DNA of 64,000 nucleotides from an uncultured Spirochaetia bacterium. Its GTDB lineage: Bacteria; Spirochaetota; JAHITG01; CAZBCL01. Made by a program: the position numbers and the translations under genes. Below the pieces are notes generated by a model. That model saw only the letters and a program-made list of their open reading frames with translations, searched no databases and was not told where the DNA came from. Shown piece after piece: positions 20,200 through 29,480 of the stretch (position 1 is the first letter of the stretch; the number at the start of each line of letters is the position of its first letter). Where the stretch lies: assembly GCA_964490645.1 (NCBI GenBank), contig CAZBCL010000001.1, positions 194,334 through 258,333 of the forward strand, given 5' to 3'.

Positions 20200-22074
20200 C
20201 TATCTGTATTTATGGTTATTTTCCAGTAAATAATACGTCATAAATAATTTCTTTTCATCACCCTTGCCCTTCAGCCAATCAAGTATATCCGCTGTATCAA
20301 CTGAATACTGCCACGTTTTCTCTTCCCGCAGAATGTGCCATGATGGCGGCGGTTGCCACGTATCAGGAATAGTGTTTTTATACCCGCCAAACCATGGTAA
20401 CGGGGGATTGGATATCGGATTTTTTACGCCGCGACTGGTCGCAATAACAAGCCAGTTTGTTTCGTCATTTTTCTTTTCTTCAAGAAAGGCATCCGCTTGT
20501 GCCATCTGATATGGATAATATGCCGCATCAGGACGTTTATTCGCTTCAGCGGTTATCCATGACCAGCGTACATGATTGAGATTAATCATTGCAAATTGAG
20601 CATCTGCCTGTTCAGAAAATATTGTACGTGCCGCACGCGCTAACGATATTTCCGGATCAGGTTTTATTATTGGAAAGACAATCCCATACATGAGTGTCGG
20701 GAGCATGATATAAGTTATGCCAATAGCAAGAAGTGTTTCGTATGCTTTTTTCTTCCGTAATTGTACAAATGCAATTGTGATCGGAATAGGAATAATAAGA
20801 AATACGATAAGCAATGGGGTTATGGAAATATTCCATGGAATAAGTGCACGTCCTGCAGCTGAAAGGATAACTGCAATTATCAGCCCGGCAAACAAACCGC
20901 CCGCGGCAGCTCCCCATACTCCAACAGCAAGAATTGATGACCATATCTTTTGAGTAAAAACACGAGCCGAATGAAGTTTTTCCAGTGCTGCTGCCAGAGC
21001 GAGACTGAAAACAAATGTTAAATAAACCAGATAATTCGGTTTGTTACTAATAAGATATACCGTAAAAAGCATGACGAATCCAAAAAACACACTGTATAGA
21101 GTAAAAAGATTTCGTGTATCAGATAGATATTGTTTTTTTATTTTGCGCGAAAAAAGAATAATGAGTGCCGGTACTGACCAAGGGAAACAATAGCGGAGGA
21201 ACACCATCGGATACCACCATATATGATGCAATAATGTTTCATACGTCGCCCGTAAGCGACCGCTTTCCTCATGTGTAAGCCACCCCAGTAATGGGTCACG
21301 ATACGGGGTTGTCAGTAAAACAAGGTACCAGCCCAGCATTAACAGCACCATACTTAAAAAACCGGGAATACTGATTAAGCGAAGTAAATGTTTCCAACGG
21401 TTTTTACCTTTCGTGAACAGTGCAAATAACGGAAATACACCGACAGCATATAATGGGCCGACCGGACCTTTTAATGCACCACTAATGCCCAGTGATATCC
21501 AGCTTAATAATACAATAGTACGTTGATGCTTTTCTTTCTTTATCATACCAAGATACACTTCAAGAAATCCGTAAAACCCGGCACTCATAAATAAATTGTT
21601 TGCACTGTCAATCATTGCAACACGACTGTATTCAAATGTCAGAAACATGCCGGCATATATAAGCGCAGCAAGTTCACCAACACGATCACGATTATACAGG
21701 CGTTTTCCTGCAATCCAGAGTAATACCATTATCCCCAGCATGGATAATAAAGACGGCAGTCGCGCAACCCATATACGCACCCCAAGCAGTTTATAAAACG
21801 ACGCCACTATCCAATACCAGAGAATCGGTTTTTGGAAACGTTCCCGTTCAGCATAAAACGGCGGATGTACGGTGTCTTTTAAATATTGCGCAACAAGAAA
21901 ATCACCGGTGTCAAGCATACGCATCGGCGCATAAATATAAAAGGTTTCATCGCCCTGATATGATACCGGATTATCAATAACAAAACTAAAAAGAATCGTC
22001 GTTACGATAAGAAGAATAAGCAGCCGGACCGCAGAAGCATCATTGGCGGATAACCGTAATTGTTTCATTGCCAA
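20200..22074 (-). CDS. ArnT-like GT-C family glycosyltransferase (GT83), polytopic membrane protein.
   Basis: YQGDETFYIYAPMRM resembles the ArnT/PMT DE-x-x-Y motif. About 12 TM helices. 624 aa. Lies 12 bp downstream of metG. Confidence 0.75.
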   Translation of the reverse strand: MAMKQLRLSANDASAVRLLILLIVTTILFSFVIDNPVSYQGDETFYIYAPMRMLDTGDFLVAQYLKDTVHPPFYAERERFQKPILWYWIVASFYKLLGVRIWVARLPSLLSMLGIMVLLWIAGKRLYNRDRVGELAALIYAGMFLTFEYSRVAMIDSANNLFMSAGFYGFLEVYLGMIKKEKHQRTIVLLSWISLGISGALKGPVGPLYAVGVFPLFALFTKGKNRWKHLLRLISIPGFLSMVLLMLGWYLVLLTTPYRDPLLGWLTHEESGRLRATYETLLHHIWWYPMVFLRYCFPWSVPALIILFSRKIKKQYLSDTRNLFTLYSVFFGFVMLFTVYLISNKPNYLVYLTFVFSLALAAALEKLHSARVFTQKIWSSILAVGVWGAAAGGLFAGLIIAVILSAAGRALIPWNISITPLLIVFLIIPIPITIAFVQLRKKKAYETLLAIGITYIMLPTLMYGIVFPIIKPDPEISLARAARTIFSEQADAQFAMINLNHVRWSWITAEANKRPDAAYYPYQMAQADAFLEEKKNDETNWLVIATSRGVKNPISNPPLPWFGGYKNTIPDTWQPPPSWHILREEKTWQYSVDTADILDWLKGKGDEKKLFMTYYLLENNHKYR

Positions 22075-22086
22075 TATCCTTATCAG

Positions 22087-24180
22087 TTATTTAACCTTAC
22101 CGACAATATTATTTGTCGGAACAACCGGTTTAGTGCCGGCACGTAATGCGTGGTTATTATAATAAACACCATCTGCACGTGCGGTTATCGGGCACGCAAA
22201 AAAATCATCAATAGTAATTTGTTCCAAGGGGGCAGGTTCAATACCTGCCGCCGTAATCGGGGTTCCCGGTTCAGCCTGCACACTCACCAGTGCCGTTTGT
22301 CCGTCAGCATTACTTGCCGCAAGCAGCATCCCCTGACTTTTTTGACCGCGTAATTGGACCGGTTTTAAATTTGCTACGATGCATATTGTTTGTCCGACTA
22401 ATTCTTCCGGTGTATAAAACGCCGCAAGCCCGGCAACAAGCTGCCGTTGACCAAGTATACCGACATCAATCTGCAGTACTAATAATTTATCGGCATTCGG
22501 ATGTGCTTCACACTGCACAACCTTTGCAGCACGCAAATCAATTGACGCAAACGGATCATGTTCATATAAATCAAAATCCTCTAATTTTTTAATCGGTGGT
22601 GACGGCACACCAATCGTATGACCGCGCAAATCATTGCCAAGATCATCCCACGTAAGCGGGTCAACTTGCAACTGTTGTTCAATTATCTCAGCAACACTCG
22701 GAATAATTGCTTTGAGTGGAATGATTATATCACGCACTAAATGAAGGCATGAGCCAAGCACTGCTTCCGCGTGTGTAGGATTTTCCTTAATAATTTTCCA
22801 TGGTTCATTGTTTTGAAAATATTTATTTCCGGCTGTTGCAATATCCAGAATTGTCCTCACCGCCGCACGCAGATTAATAGCAAGAAACTGCTGTTTCACT
22901 GTATCAAATGCCTCACGTAATACAGCATGCGGACCATCAGCATCAACCGCATTAATCTGTCCGTTGAAATTTTTCTTAATAAACGTCAACGTTCGATTAC
23001 AAAAGTTTGCAATTGTCCCGATAAGCTCACTGTTTATACGGTTTTTAAAATCATTAAAATCCAAATCAATGTCAATCATTTTGCCGGAAAGGTTTGCTGC
23101 ATAATAATACCGCAAATACAGCGGGTCGAATTTTTGTAAGTATTGTGATGCCTGAATAAATGTTCCACGGCTTTTACTCATTTTTTGTTTACCGACAGTA
23201 AGAAATCCATGAACATGAATGGCATCAGGAAGATGCATCCCCGCACCGATAAGCATCGCCGGCCAATAAATGAAATGATGATAGATAATATCGCGTCCGA
23301 TGAAATGAATAAGTTCATTCTTGCTCGGCATAATATACTCTTCAACCGCTGCAGTATGTTCAGAACACCATTTATCACATGACCCAAAATAACCGACGGG
23401 GGCATCCCACCAGACATAATAATATTTATCAGTCGTTCCCGGAACGGGGAAGCCAAAATAAGGGGCATCACGAGTAAAATCCCAATTGCGCAATCCCTCT
23501 TCTATCCAATTATTAATATAATTCACGACTTCTTCCTGAAGACGGGCATTACGCAACCATGCAATTAATTGATCGCGCACTGCATCAAGTTTGAAAAAAA
23601 GATGTCGTGTTTTTTTCAGTATCGGTTTTGTACCGCTGATAACACTACGCGGATCTTTAAGTTCAGTCGGTTTATATGCCGCACTACAGGATTCACAGGA
23701 ATCACCATATTGATCCTCTGCGCCGCATTTCGGACATATCCCTTTTACAAAACGATCCGGCAGAAATATGTTTTCTTTCGTATCAAAAAGCTGTTCTATT
23801 TCTTCTTCAATAATATTACCGGCTTCTTTGTTTTTGGTATAAATATAATCCGTCCATTTTCGTGCTTCATCAGAATGGGTTGAATGAAATGTATCAAATG
23901 TTATACGAAAGGCAGTAAACTCACGTATATGGTCCTTATAACTCTCTGCAATAAGCTGTTCAGGGGTAATTCCTCGTGTACGTGCATTAACCATAATCGG
24001 AGTGCCATGCGTATCATCAGCACAACAGTAAATAATGTCATCCCCAAGCAAACGACGAAATCGTACGTAAATATCTGTTTGTATATATTCCACCAAATGA
24101 CCGAGGTGAATCTGTCCATTGGCATATATTAATGCTGACGTTACCAGTGTTTTTTTTGCAGGGACAGGTGAATTCGCCAT
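22087..24180 (-). CDS. metG: Methionyl-tRNA synthetase with a C-terminal tRNA-binding domain.
   Basis: HIGH-type motif IHLGHLVEY. KMSKS present. Zinc knuckle CPKCG...CESC. C-terminal EMAP/Trbp111-like domain. Confidence 0.95.
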   Translation of the reverse strand: MANSPVPAKKTLVTSALIYANGQIHLGHLVEYIQTDIYVRFRRLLGDDIIYCCADDTHGTPIMVNARTRGITPEQLIAESYKDHIREFTAFRITFDTFHSTHSDEARKWTDYIYTKNKEAGNIIEEEIEQLFDTKENIFLPDRFVKGICPKCGAEDQYGDSCESCSAAYKPTELKDPRSVISGTKPILKKTRHLFFKLDAVRDQLIAWLRNARLQEEVVNYINNWIEEGLRNWDFTRDAPYFGFPVPGTTDKYYYVWWDAPVGYFGSCDKWCSEHTAAVEEYIMPSKNELIHFIGRDIIYHHFIYWPAMLIGAGMHLPDAIHVHGFLTVGKQKMSKSRGTFIQASQYLQKFDPLYLRYYYAANLSGKMIDIDLDFNDFKNRINSELIGTIANFCNRTLTFIKKNFNGQINAVDADGPHAVLREAFDTVKQQFLAINLRAAVRTILDIATAGNKYFQNNEPWKIIKENPTHAEAVLGSCLHLVRDIIIPLKAIIPSVAEIIEQQLQVDPLTWDDLGNDLRGHTIGVPSPPIKKLEDFDLYEHDPFASIDLRAAKVVQCEAHPNADKLLVLQIDVGILGQRQLVAGLAAFYTPEELVGQTICIVANLKPVQLRGQKSQGMLLAASNADGQTALVSVQAEPGTPITAAGIEPAPLEQITIDDFFACPITARADGVYYNNHALRAGTKPVVPTNNIVGKVK

Positions 24181-24345
24181 AATCTATTGCTCCGTATAAT
24201 ACTATCGTTGTGTATACACATGGTATTGTATAGAAAATAAAAAATACTTCAATAGTGAACTTAGCAATGAAATAATAGTTTTTCGATACAATAAATTGAG
24301 CCCCGAACGTATATTGTATAATACTACACCGACATCATAGTACCA

Positions 24346-24374
24346 TAAAAAAAGGAACATTGTACAATGTTCCT
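24346..24374 (-). terminator. Rho-independent terminator for the minus-strand lipoprotein gene: perfect palindrome AGGAACATTGTACAATGTTCCT followed by a T7 run on the minus strand.
   Basis: 22-bp perfect inverted repeat directly followed, on the minus strand, by TTTTTTT. Confidence 0.55.
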
Positions 24375-24482
24375 TAAATCATTCTTCTACTATGCCATCA
24401 GCGAAATGTTTTAAATAATCAGAGTATTGAATAATCCCTACTGCTTATTTTAAAAAGAACTATACGTTATAGGATTATCATT

Positions 24483-24965
24483 TTACGGAGTAATGGTAAT
24501 GTTTTCCATTAAAAAGTTTTCACCAATTTTTAACCCAACTTCAACAGACAGCCCTTCTGCAGGAAGCTCACCCTTATCGGTTGTAATTACTTTTGTAATT
24601 GTTCCGTATATCGGCTGCCCGTCAAAACTTGCAGAGTCAAGACCAAGTGGAAACTGCCATTGTGGAATATAGGTATCACTATCTTCAATAGCAAACCAGA
24701 TACCATTATCATCACATGCACGTAAATAAAGAATAACCCCATCTTCACCCACACTGACAGATTCTGGGGCATCACCGGAGAATTGTTTCGGATCAGCTGT
24801 AATTTTTAACGCTGTTGCAGGACCATGTACAATTTCAACTGCTTTTTCACTAACGTTAATAACCGCTGTCTCACCTACTGTGTCTACTACCCCTTTGTTT
24901 GACTTACAGGCAAACAGTATCATCACTGAACATGCAATCATAATAATAAGTATACATTTTTTCAT
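24483..24965 (-). CDS. Hypothetical lipoprotein.
   Basis: Signal peptide with lipobox (MILFAC). 160 aa. No recognisable domain. Confidence 0.55.
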   Translation of the reverse strand: MKKCILIIMIACSVMILFACKSNKGVVDTVGETAVINVSEKAVEIVHGPATALKITADPKQFSGDAPESVSVGEDGVILYLRACDDNGIWFAIEDSDTYIPQWQFPLGLDSASFDGQPIYGTITKVITTDKGELPAEGLSVEVGLKIGENFLMENITITP

Positions 24966-25240
24966 CAGCTCCTCCTTCTTAAGATTTTTAATACTATAGT
25001 CTCTATTCTCATTTTGTCAATACGTGTTTGTTTAATAGTATAGAACGATAATATCGTCAGTCAGTGCAGGCTTTTATTAAGCTTTCAATTAGTGTTCTTA
25101 TACGATAAAGTATGCTTTATGATGTTCCGGTATACCTGTTCGTATCGTATCTCATATAATGCTATAATTATTAATATGTGCACGTTCCGTATTAATGAGA
25201 GCCCTTGGTATTGCCGTTCCATTTTCCGATGAGTTATAAA

Positions 25241-25269
25241 TTGACAGTATGCTATGAAACTGATAAAAA
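25241..25269 (+). promoter_or_regulatory. Candidate sigma-70 promoter for coaD-pta-ndk-yihY (TTGACA-N17-TAAAAA).
   Basis: Consensus -35 hexamer. The -10 is weak and A-rich. AAGGAG ribosome-binding site follows at 25281. Confidence 0.3.
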
Positions 25270-25292
25270 TAAACACCGATAAGGAGTATCAG

Positions 25293-25769
25293 TTGAAACG
25301 AGCAATGTATTCGGGAAGCTTTGATCCCCCGACAAATGGTCATCTTGACATTATCCGCCGTGCCAGTCTTTTAACGGATAGTTTAGTTGTTGCGGTTGCA
25401 AAAAACCCAAGAAAACAGCAATTATTTACCCCGGAAGAACGTATTGATATGATCAAAAACATTACTGCGGATTTAAAAAATGTTACCCCGGTCATTATCA
25501 ATGGACTGCTCGCCGATTATCTTAAAGAACATAACATTCAGGTTGTTATTCGCGGACTGCGCGTCGGCGCTGAATTTGATTACGAGTTTACACGAGCGGT
25601 TATGAGTAAGAAACTCTATCCGAAAATGGAAACCATTATACTCATGACCGACGAAAAGTATTCATTTGTCAGTTCAAACTTAATGAAAGAAGTAGCACAA
25701 TTTCACGGAGATGTCTCAGCGTATCTTCCCGAATATGTCGTAAAAAAAATGAAAGAAAAAACAGGATAA
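25293..25769 (+). CDS. coaD: Phosphopantetheine adenylyltransferase. Probable TTG start at 25293 or ATG at 25305. The listed ORF starts at 25254.
   Basis: [19 protein letters not shown] (T/HxGH motif). AAGGAG lies 6 nt upstream of the TTG. Confidence 0.88.
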   Translation: MKRAMYSGSFDPPTNGHLDIIRRASLLTDSLVVAVAKNPRKQQLFTPEERIDMIKNITADLKNVTPVIINGLLADYLKEHNIQVVIRGLRVGAEFDYEFTRAVMSKKLYPKMETIILMTDEKYSFVSSNLMKEVAQFHGDVSAYLPEYVVKKMKEKTG

Positions 25770-25773
25770 TCAT

Positions 25774-26769
25774 ATGTCAATTATTGATACCTTCAAACAA
25801 CGTGTTAAAGAAAATCCCGGAACAGTAGTTCTTCCGGAAAGCAGCGATCTGCGAACATTACACGCAACTGAAATATTACTTAAAGAAAAACTGGCAAAAA
25901 AAATTATTTTAATCGGCACGCCTGATACCATTACCGCGACCGCACAAAAAGAAAACATCAATTTACACGATGCACATATTATTGACCACACCATTGATGA
26001 AAAGCGCGACAGCTATATCAACGCACTCGTTCAACGGCGAAACGGAAAAACAAGTAAAGAACTGGCCGCAAAGCTGATGAATCGTTATCTGTATTTTGGA
26101 GCTTCAATGGTTGCCGCCGGTGATGCGGATGCAATGGTTGCCGGCGGAATCAATGCAACCGGTGATGTGGTAAAATCAGCATTGCATTGTATCGGCACTG
26201 CTCCCGACAGTAAAACAGTATCAAGTTATTTCATTATGATTGTTCCCGATTGTGTGTATGGTGAAGCCGGAACGTTGATATTTGCGGATGCAGCAATTGT
26301 ACCGAATCCGACTGCTGAACAACTTGCTGACATTGCTCTCGCAACCGCGCGTAATACAAAAACAATGCTTGCCATTGAACCGAAAGTAGCCCTGTTATCA
26401 TTTTCAACAAAAGGAAGCGCGGCACATGCTGATGTTAATAAAGTTACAACCGCATTAGAGATACTGCATACACGAAACCCCAATCTTGCCGTTGATGGTG
26501 AATTACAGCTTGATGCAGCTATTGTACCGAGTGTTGGCAAGAAAAAAGCACCGGACAGCACACTCGCCGGATCAGCAAATACCTTAATTTTCCCGGATCT
26601 GGACGCCGCAAATATCGGTTATAAATTAGTACAACGTTTAGCAAAAGCTGAAGCTATCGGACCTATTCTTCAAGGACTGGCAAAACCGGTAAATGATCTC
26701 TCACGCGGGTGTTCAGTCGATGACATTGTCAATGTTGCCGTTATTTCACAATTACAGGCACATCAATAA
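25774..26769 (+). CDS. pta: Phosphate acetyltransferase.
   Basis: About 330-aa Pta catalytic domain: [12 protein letters not shown]...[11 protein letters not shown]...GELQLDAA. Lies 4 bp after coaD. Confidence 0.9.
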   Translation: MSIIDTFKQRVKENPGTVVLPESSDLRTLHATEILLKEKLAKKIILIGTPDTITATAQKENINLHDAHIIDHTIDEKRDSYINALVQRRNGKTSKELAAKLMNRYLYFGASMVAAGDADAMVAGGINATGDVVKSALHCIGTAPDSKTVSSYFIMIVPDCVYGEAGTLIFADAAIVPNPTAEQLADIALATARNTKTMLAIEPKVALLSFSTKGSAAHADVNKVTTALEILHTRNPNLAVDGELQLDAAIVPSVGKKKAPDSTLAGSANTLIFPDLDAANIGYKLVQRLAKAEAIGPILQGLAKPVNDLSRGCSVDDIVNVAVISQLQAHQ

Positions 26770-26793
26770 AATAATGAAACGGGATATATACTT

Positions 26794-27198
26794 ATGGAAC
26801 AAACGTGTATAATTTTAAAACCGGATGCATATAAACAGGGGAACATTGGTGATATTCTCTCTCGTTTTGAACATGCAGGATTGAAAATTAAAGATATTAC
26901 AATCATCTCTATGGACCGCGCCACTGCAGAATCGTTTTATGCAGAACATACAGGAAAAGAGTTTTTCGACCGGTTGATAGCATTCATGACAAGCGGTCCC
27001 TGTGTTCCGGCAATATTAACCGGTGAAAACGTTATTGTTCGTGTTCGGGAAATGGCAGGTGCAACAAATGCCGCAACCGCAGCAAAAGGCACTATTCGCG
27101 GCGATTTCAGCGGACGTTCCGGTCCGCCGAATTGTTTACATGCAAGCGATAGCCCGGAATCAGCCGCACGTGAAATAAACTTCTTTTTCCCTGAATAA
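26794..27198 (+). CDS. ndk: Nucleoside diphosphate kinase.
   Basis: EQTCIILKPDA... with the active-site region NCLHASDSPESA. 134 aa. Confidence 0.92.
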   Translation: MEQTCIILKPDAYKQGNIGDILSRFEHAGLKIKDITIISMDRATAESFYAEHTGKEFFDRLIAFMTSGPCVPAILTGENVIVRVREMAGATNAATAAKGTIRGDFSGRSGPPNCLHASDSPESAAREINFFFPE

Positions 27199-27241
27199 AC
27201 CTTTTTAATGCAAATGCGTTTATACGCACAAGGAGTCCGCT

Positions 27242-28636
27242 ATGACTAAAACAAAAAAAGTATTTGATTTTACAAACAATTTGAAACATTTTCTCTCCAA
27301 AGAAATCTGGTCAATAAACCTGAACAAAATTGAAAACCCCGTTAAACGTTTTTTATATAGTCAGTTGCGGGCATTTATGATAGTCGGACGCGGTTTTTCG
27401 GAAGACCGTCTTGCTATTCGCTCAGGAAATTTAACCTATATCTCTGCATTTTCACTTATACCGGTACTTATGATGGGTATATGGTTTGCAACGGTTATCA
27501 TTGGTGCTGCACAGGTTGAAACGGTTATTCGTCAGCAAGGACATCAATTAGGAGACTTTTTCCAACCCCTCATTGAATATGCAATGCTTGTTGTTAACAA
27601 TGCCGGCACAATTGGTCCGGTTGGTTTTATTGTTCTATTGATCATGATGATAGGAGCGTTCAATAATATCGAACAGACTTTTAATATGGTATGGGGAGTT
27701 CATGAACACCGAAAGATTTATCGGAAAATGACTGATTATCTTTTTATTTCGCTGATTCTCCCAATGCTCTTCTTTGCCGCATTGTATCTGATGACTATTG
27801 TTCAGCAAGCAGGTAATATTGATGAAAATATTGCCGGCACACTGGGAAAAGAAGGTCTAACGTTTGTTGAGTTATTAGGAAAATCATTTATCCTCCGGAA
27901 AATAATGTCAGTTATATCGTATGCCATTGTCTGGCTTGTACTATTGCTGTTTTATTTAATTATGCCGAATACCAATGTTAAATTCGCGCCGGCATTTACC
28001 TCATCCATAATCGCAGGAACCCTTCTGCTGATCGTCTATGAATTTGTAACCCATTTTGCATTTGGACGTACAGCCGGCGGCGAACATCCGGTACTCAGCC
28101 TTTTCGGACCATTTGCCATTATTCCGCTCTCATTGTTATTTATCAATTATGTTTGGATGGTTATTCTTATCGGTGTTGAATTATCATTTGCATATCAGAA
28201 CCTGCATACCTATCGTCAGGAACGAGCAATAGAGCATGCATCTACAGGAGCGCAAGTACGCCTTGGTCTTGCCTGTCTTATTGCAATCAGTCAACGATTT
28301 CATGCCGGTGAAGAGCCATATACCGCGATGGAATTATCAGAACGTTTTAATGTCCCGACACGAACACTGAATGCTGTTTTACACATTCTCACCGAACATA
28401 AATTGCTGTCATTTATAGCACAGCCGAATAATGCATATCTGCCGCTGAAAGATTTCAGCACTTTTACTATTAATGATGTTGAACAGGTTATCACATGGTG
28501 GGGAGACTTTGATCCGGCTGTAAGTGACAGTAAGATACGGCTGCATATAACTAAGGTGTATCAGAAAATTATTGCCGGTGCAAAAAAAGCAGGCGGTAAT
28601 ATTTCCATTAAACAGCTTGCAGAATCATTAAAATAA
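27242..28636 (+). CDS. YihY/BrkB-family inner-membrane protein with a C-terminal extension.
   Basis: LAIRSGNLTYISAFSLIPVLMMG is typical of the YihY/BrkB N-terminus. 6 TM helices. About 130-aa soluble C-terminal domain. Confidence 0.8.
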   Translation: MTKTKKVFDFTNNLKHFLSKEIWSINLNKIENPVKRFLYSQLRAFMIVGRGFSEDRLAIRSGNLTYISAFSLIPVLMMGIWFATVIIGAAQVETVIRQQGHQLGDFFQPLIEYAMLVVNNAGTIGPVGFIVLLIMMIGAFNNIEQTFNMVWGVHEHRKIYRKMTDYLFISLILPMLFFAALYLMTIVQQAGNIDENIAGTLGKEGLTFVELLGKSFILRKIMSVISYAIVWLVLLLFYLIMPNTNVKFAPAFTSSIIAGTLLLIVYEFVTHFAFGRTAGGEHPVLSLFGPFAIIPLSLLFINYVWMVILIGVELSFAYQNLHTYRQERAIEHASTGAQVRLGLACLIAISQRFHAGEEPYTAMELSERFNVPTRTLNAVLHILTEHKLLSFIAQPNNAYLPLKDFSTFTINDVEQVITWWGDFDPAVSDSKIRLHITKVYQKIIAGAKKAGGNISIKQLAESLK

Positions 28637-28774
28637 TACAACCATTAATTGATACGACATTAACAGCACACCCCACAATCATTCGATCATGCAATAACAA
28701 TGCAGATGATGCCATCCCCGAAGATTCGTATATATTAAACACCGATATTTCCATCATGGAAATAGCACGCAGTA

Positions 28775-29476
28775 TCAATATGTATAATTTTTTATTGCAG
28801 TATAAACCTTCTGATAATCAGAAAAATCATTAAAAAGCAGAGCGGGAGAATATTCAGCAAGCGCATTACGATCATACCGACTTGTTGCAACGGCAACAGA
28901 AACCGCACTGCCGGCATGTGCACAGGCAATATCACGCGGTGTATCACCGATAACAAAAATATCTGACGCATCAATTGCTTCTCCGTATATTGCATGATAT
29001 TTTCTTCGGCTTATTGAAACATAGGTGTTCCGCTCCTCACCATCGTCCGCAAATACACCAAATGGGAAAAAATGATTCAATCCGCATCGCTTAATTTTTA
29101 AACGCCCGCCGATTTCATAATTTCCCGTTAACAGCCCAACACGAATACTTTCGTCACTTCCCAATACGGTAAGTAATTCTTTCATCCCCGGCATCGGAGC
29201 AACACGCGGCTCATGGTGTAATAATGACCGCAGTGTTTTAAAATACAGCGGCAATATTTCATCTATTACTTCTTCATATGACTCCACACGTAATCCGGCA
29301 TTCTTCATCATCCCCTTTAATATTCGCACATCTGTATTACCGGCAAGTGTAATACCGGTCATATAATCGCCCGGACCGAAACGTTTTTCAAAGGTAATCT
29401 CAAGTGCACGTTTTCCAACACCGGCTGTTGTAACCAGTGTCCCATCAATATCAAACAACCAAAGTTTTCGCGTCAT
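28775..29476 (-). CDS. HAD-superfamily hydrolase (phosphoglycolate-phosphatase-like). Start trimmed to MTRKLW.
   Basis: LWLFDIDGTLV (motif I). VIGDTPRDI (motif IV). The listed ORF carries a non-homologous 30-aa N-terminal extension. Confidence 0.8.
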   Translation of the reverse strand: MTRKLWLFDIDGTLVTTAGVGKRALEITFEKRFGPGDYMTGITLAGNTDVRILKGMMKNAGLRVESYEEVIDEILPLYFKTLRSLLHHEPRVAPMPGMKELLTVLGSDESIRVGLLTGNYEIGGRLKIKRCGLNHFFPFGVFADDGEERNTYVSISRRKYHAIYGEAIDASDIFVIGDTPRDIACAHAGSAVSVAVATSRYDRNALAEYSPALLFNDFSDYQKVYTAIKNYTY

Positions 29477-29480
29477 AATG

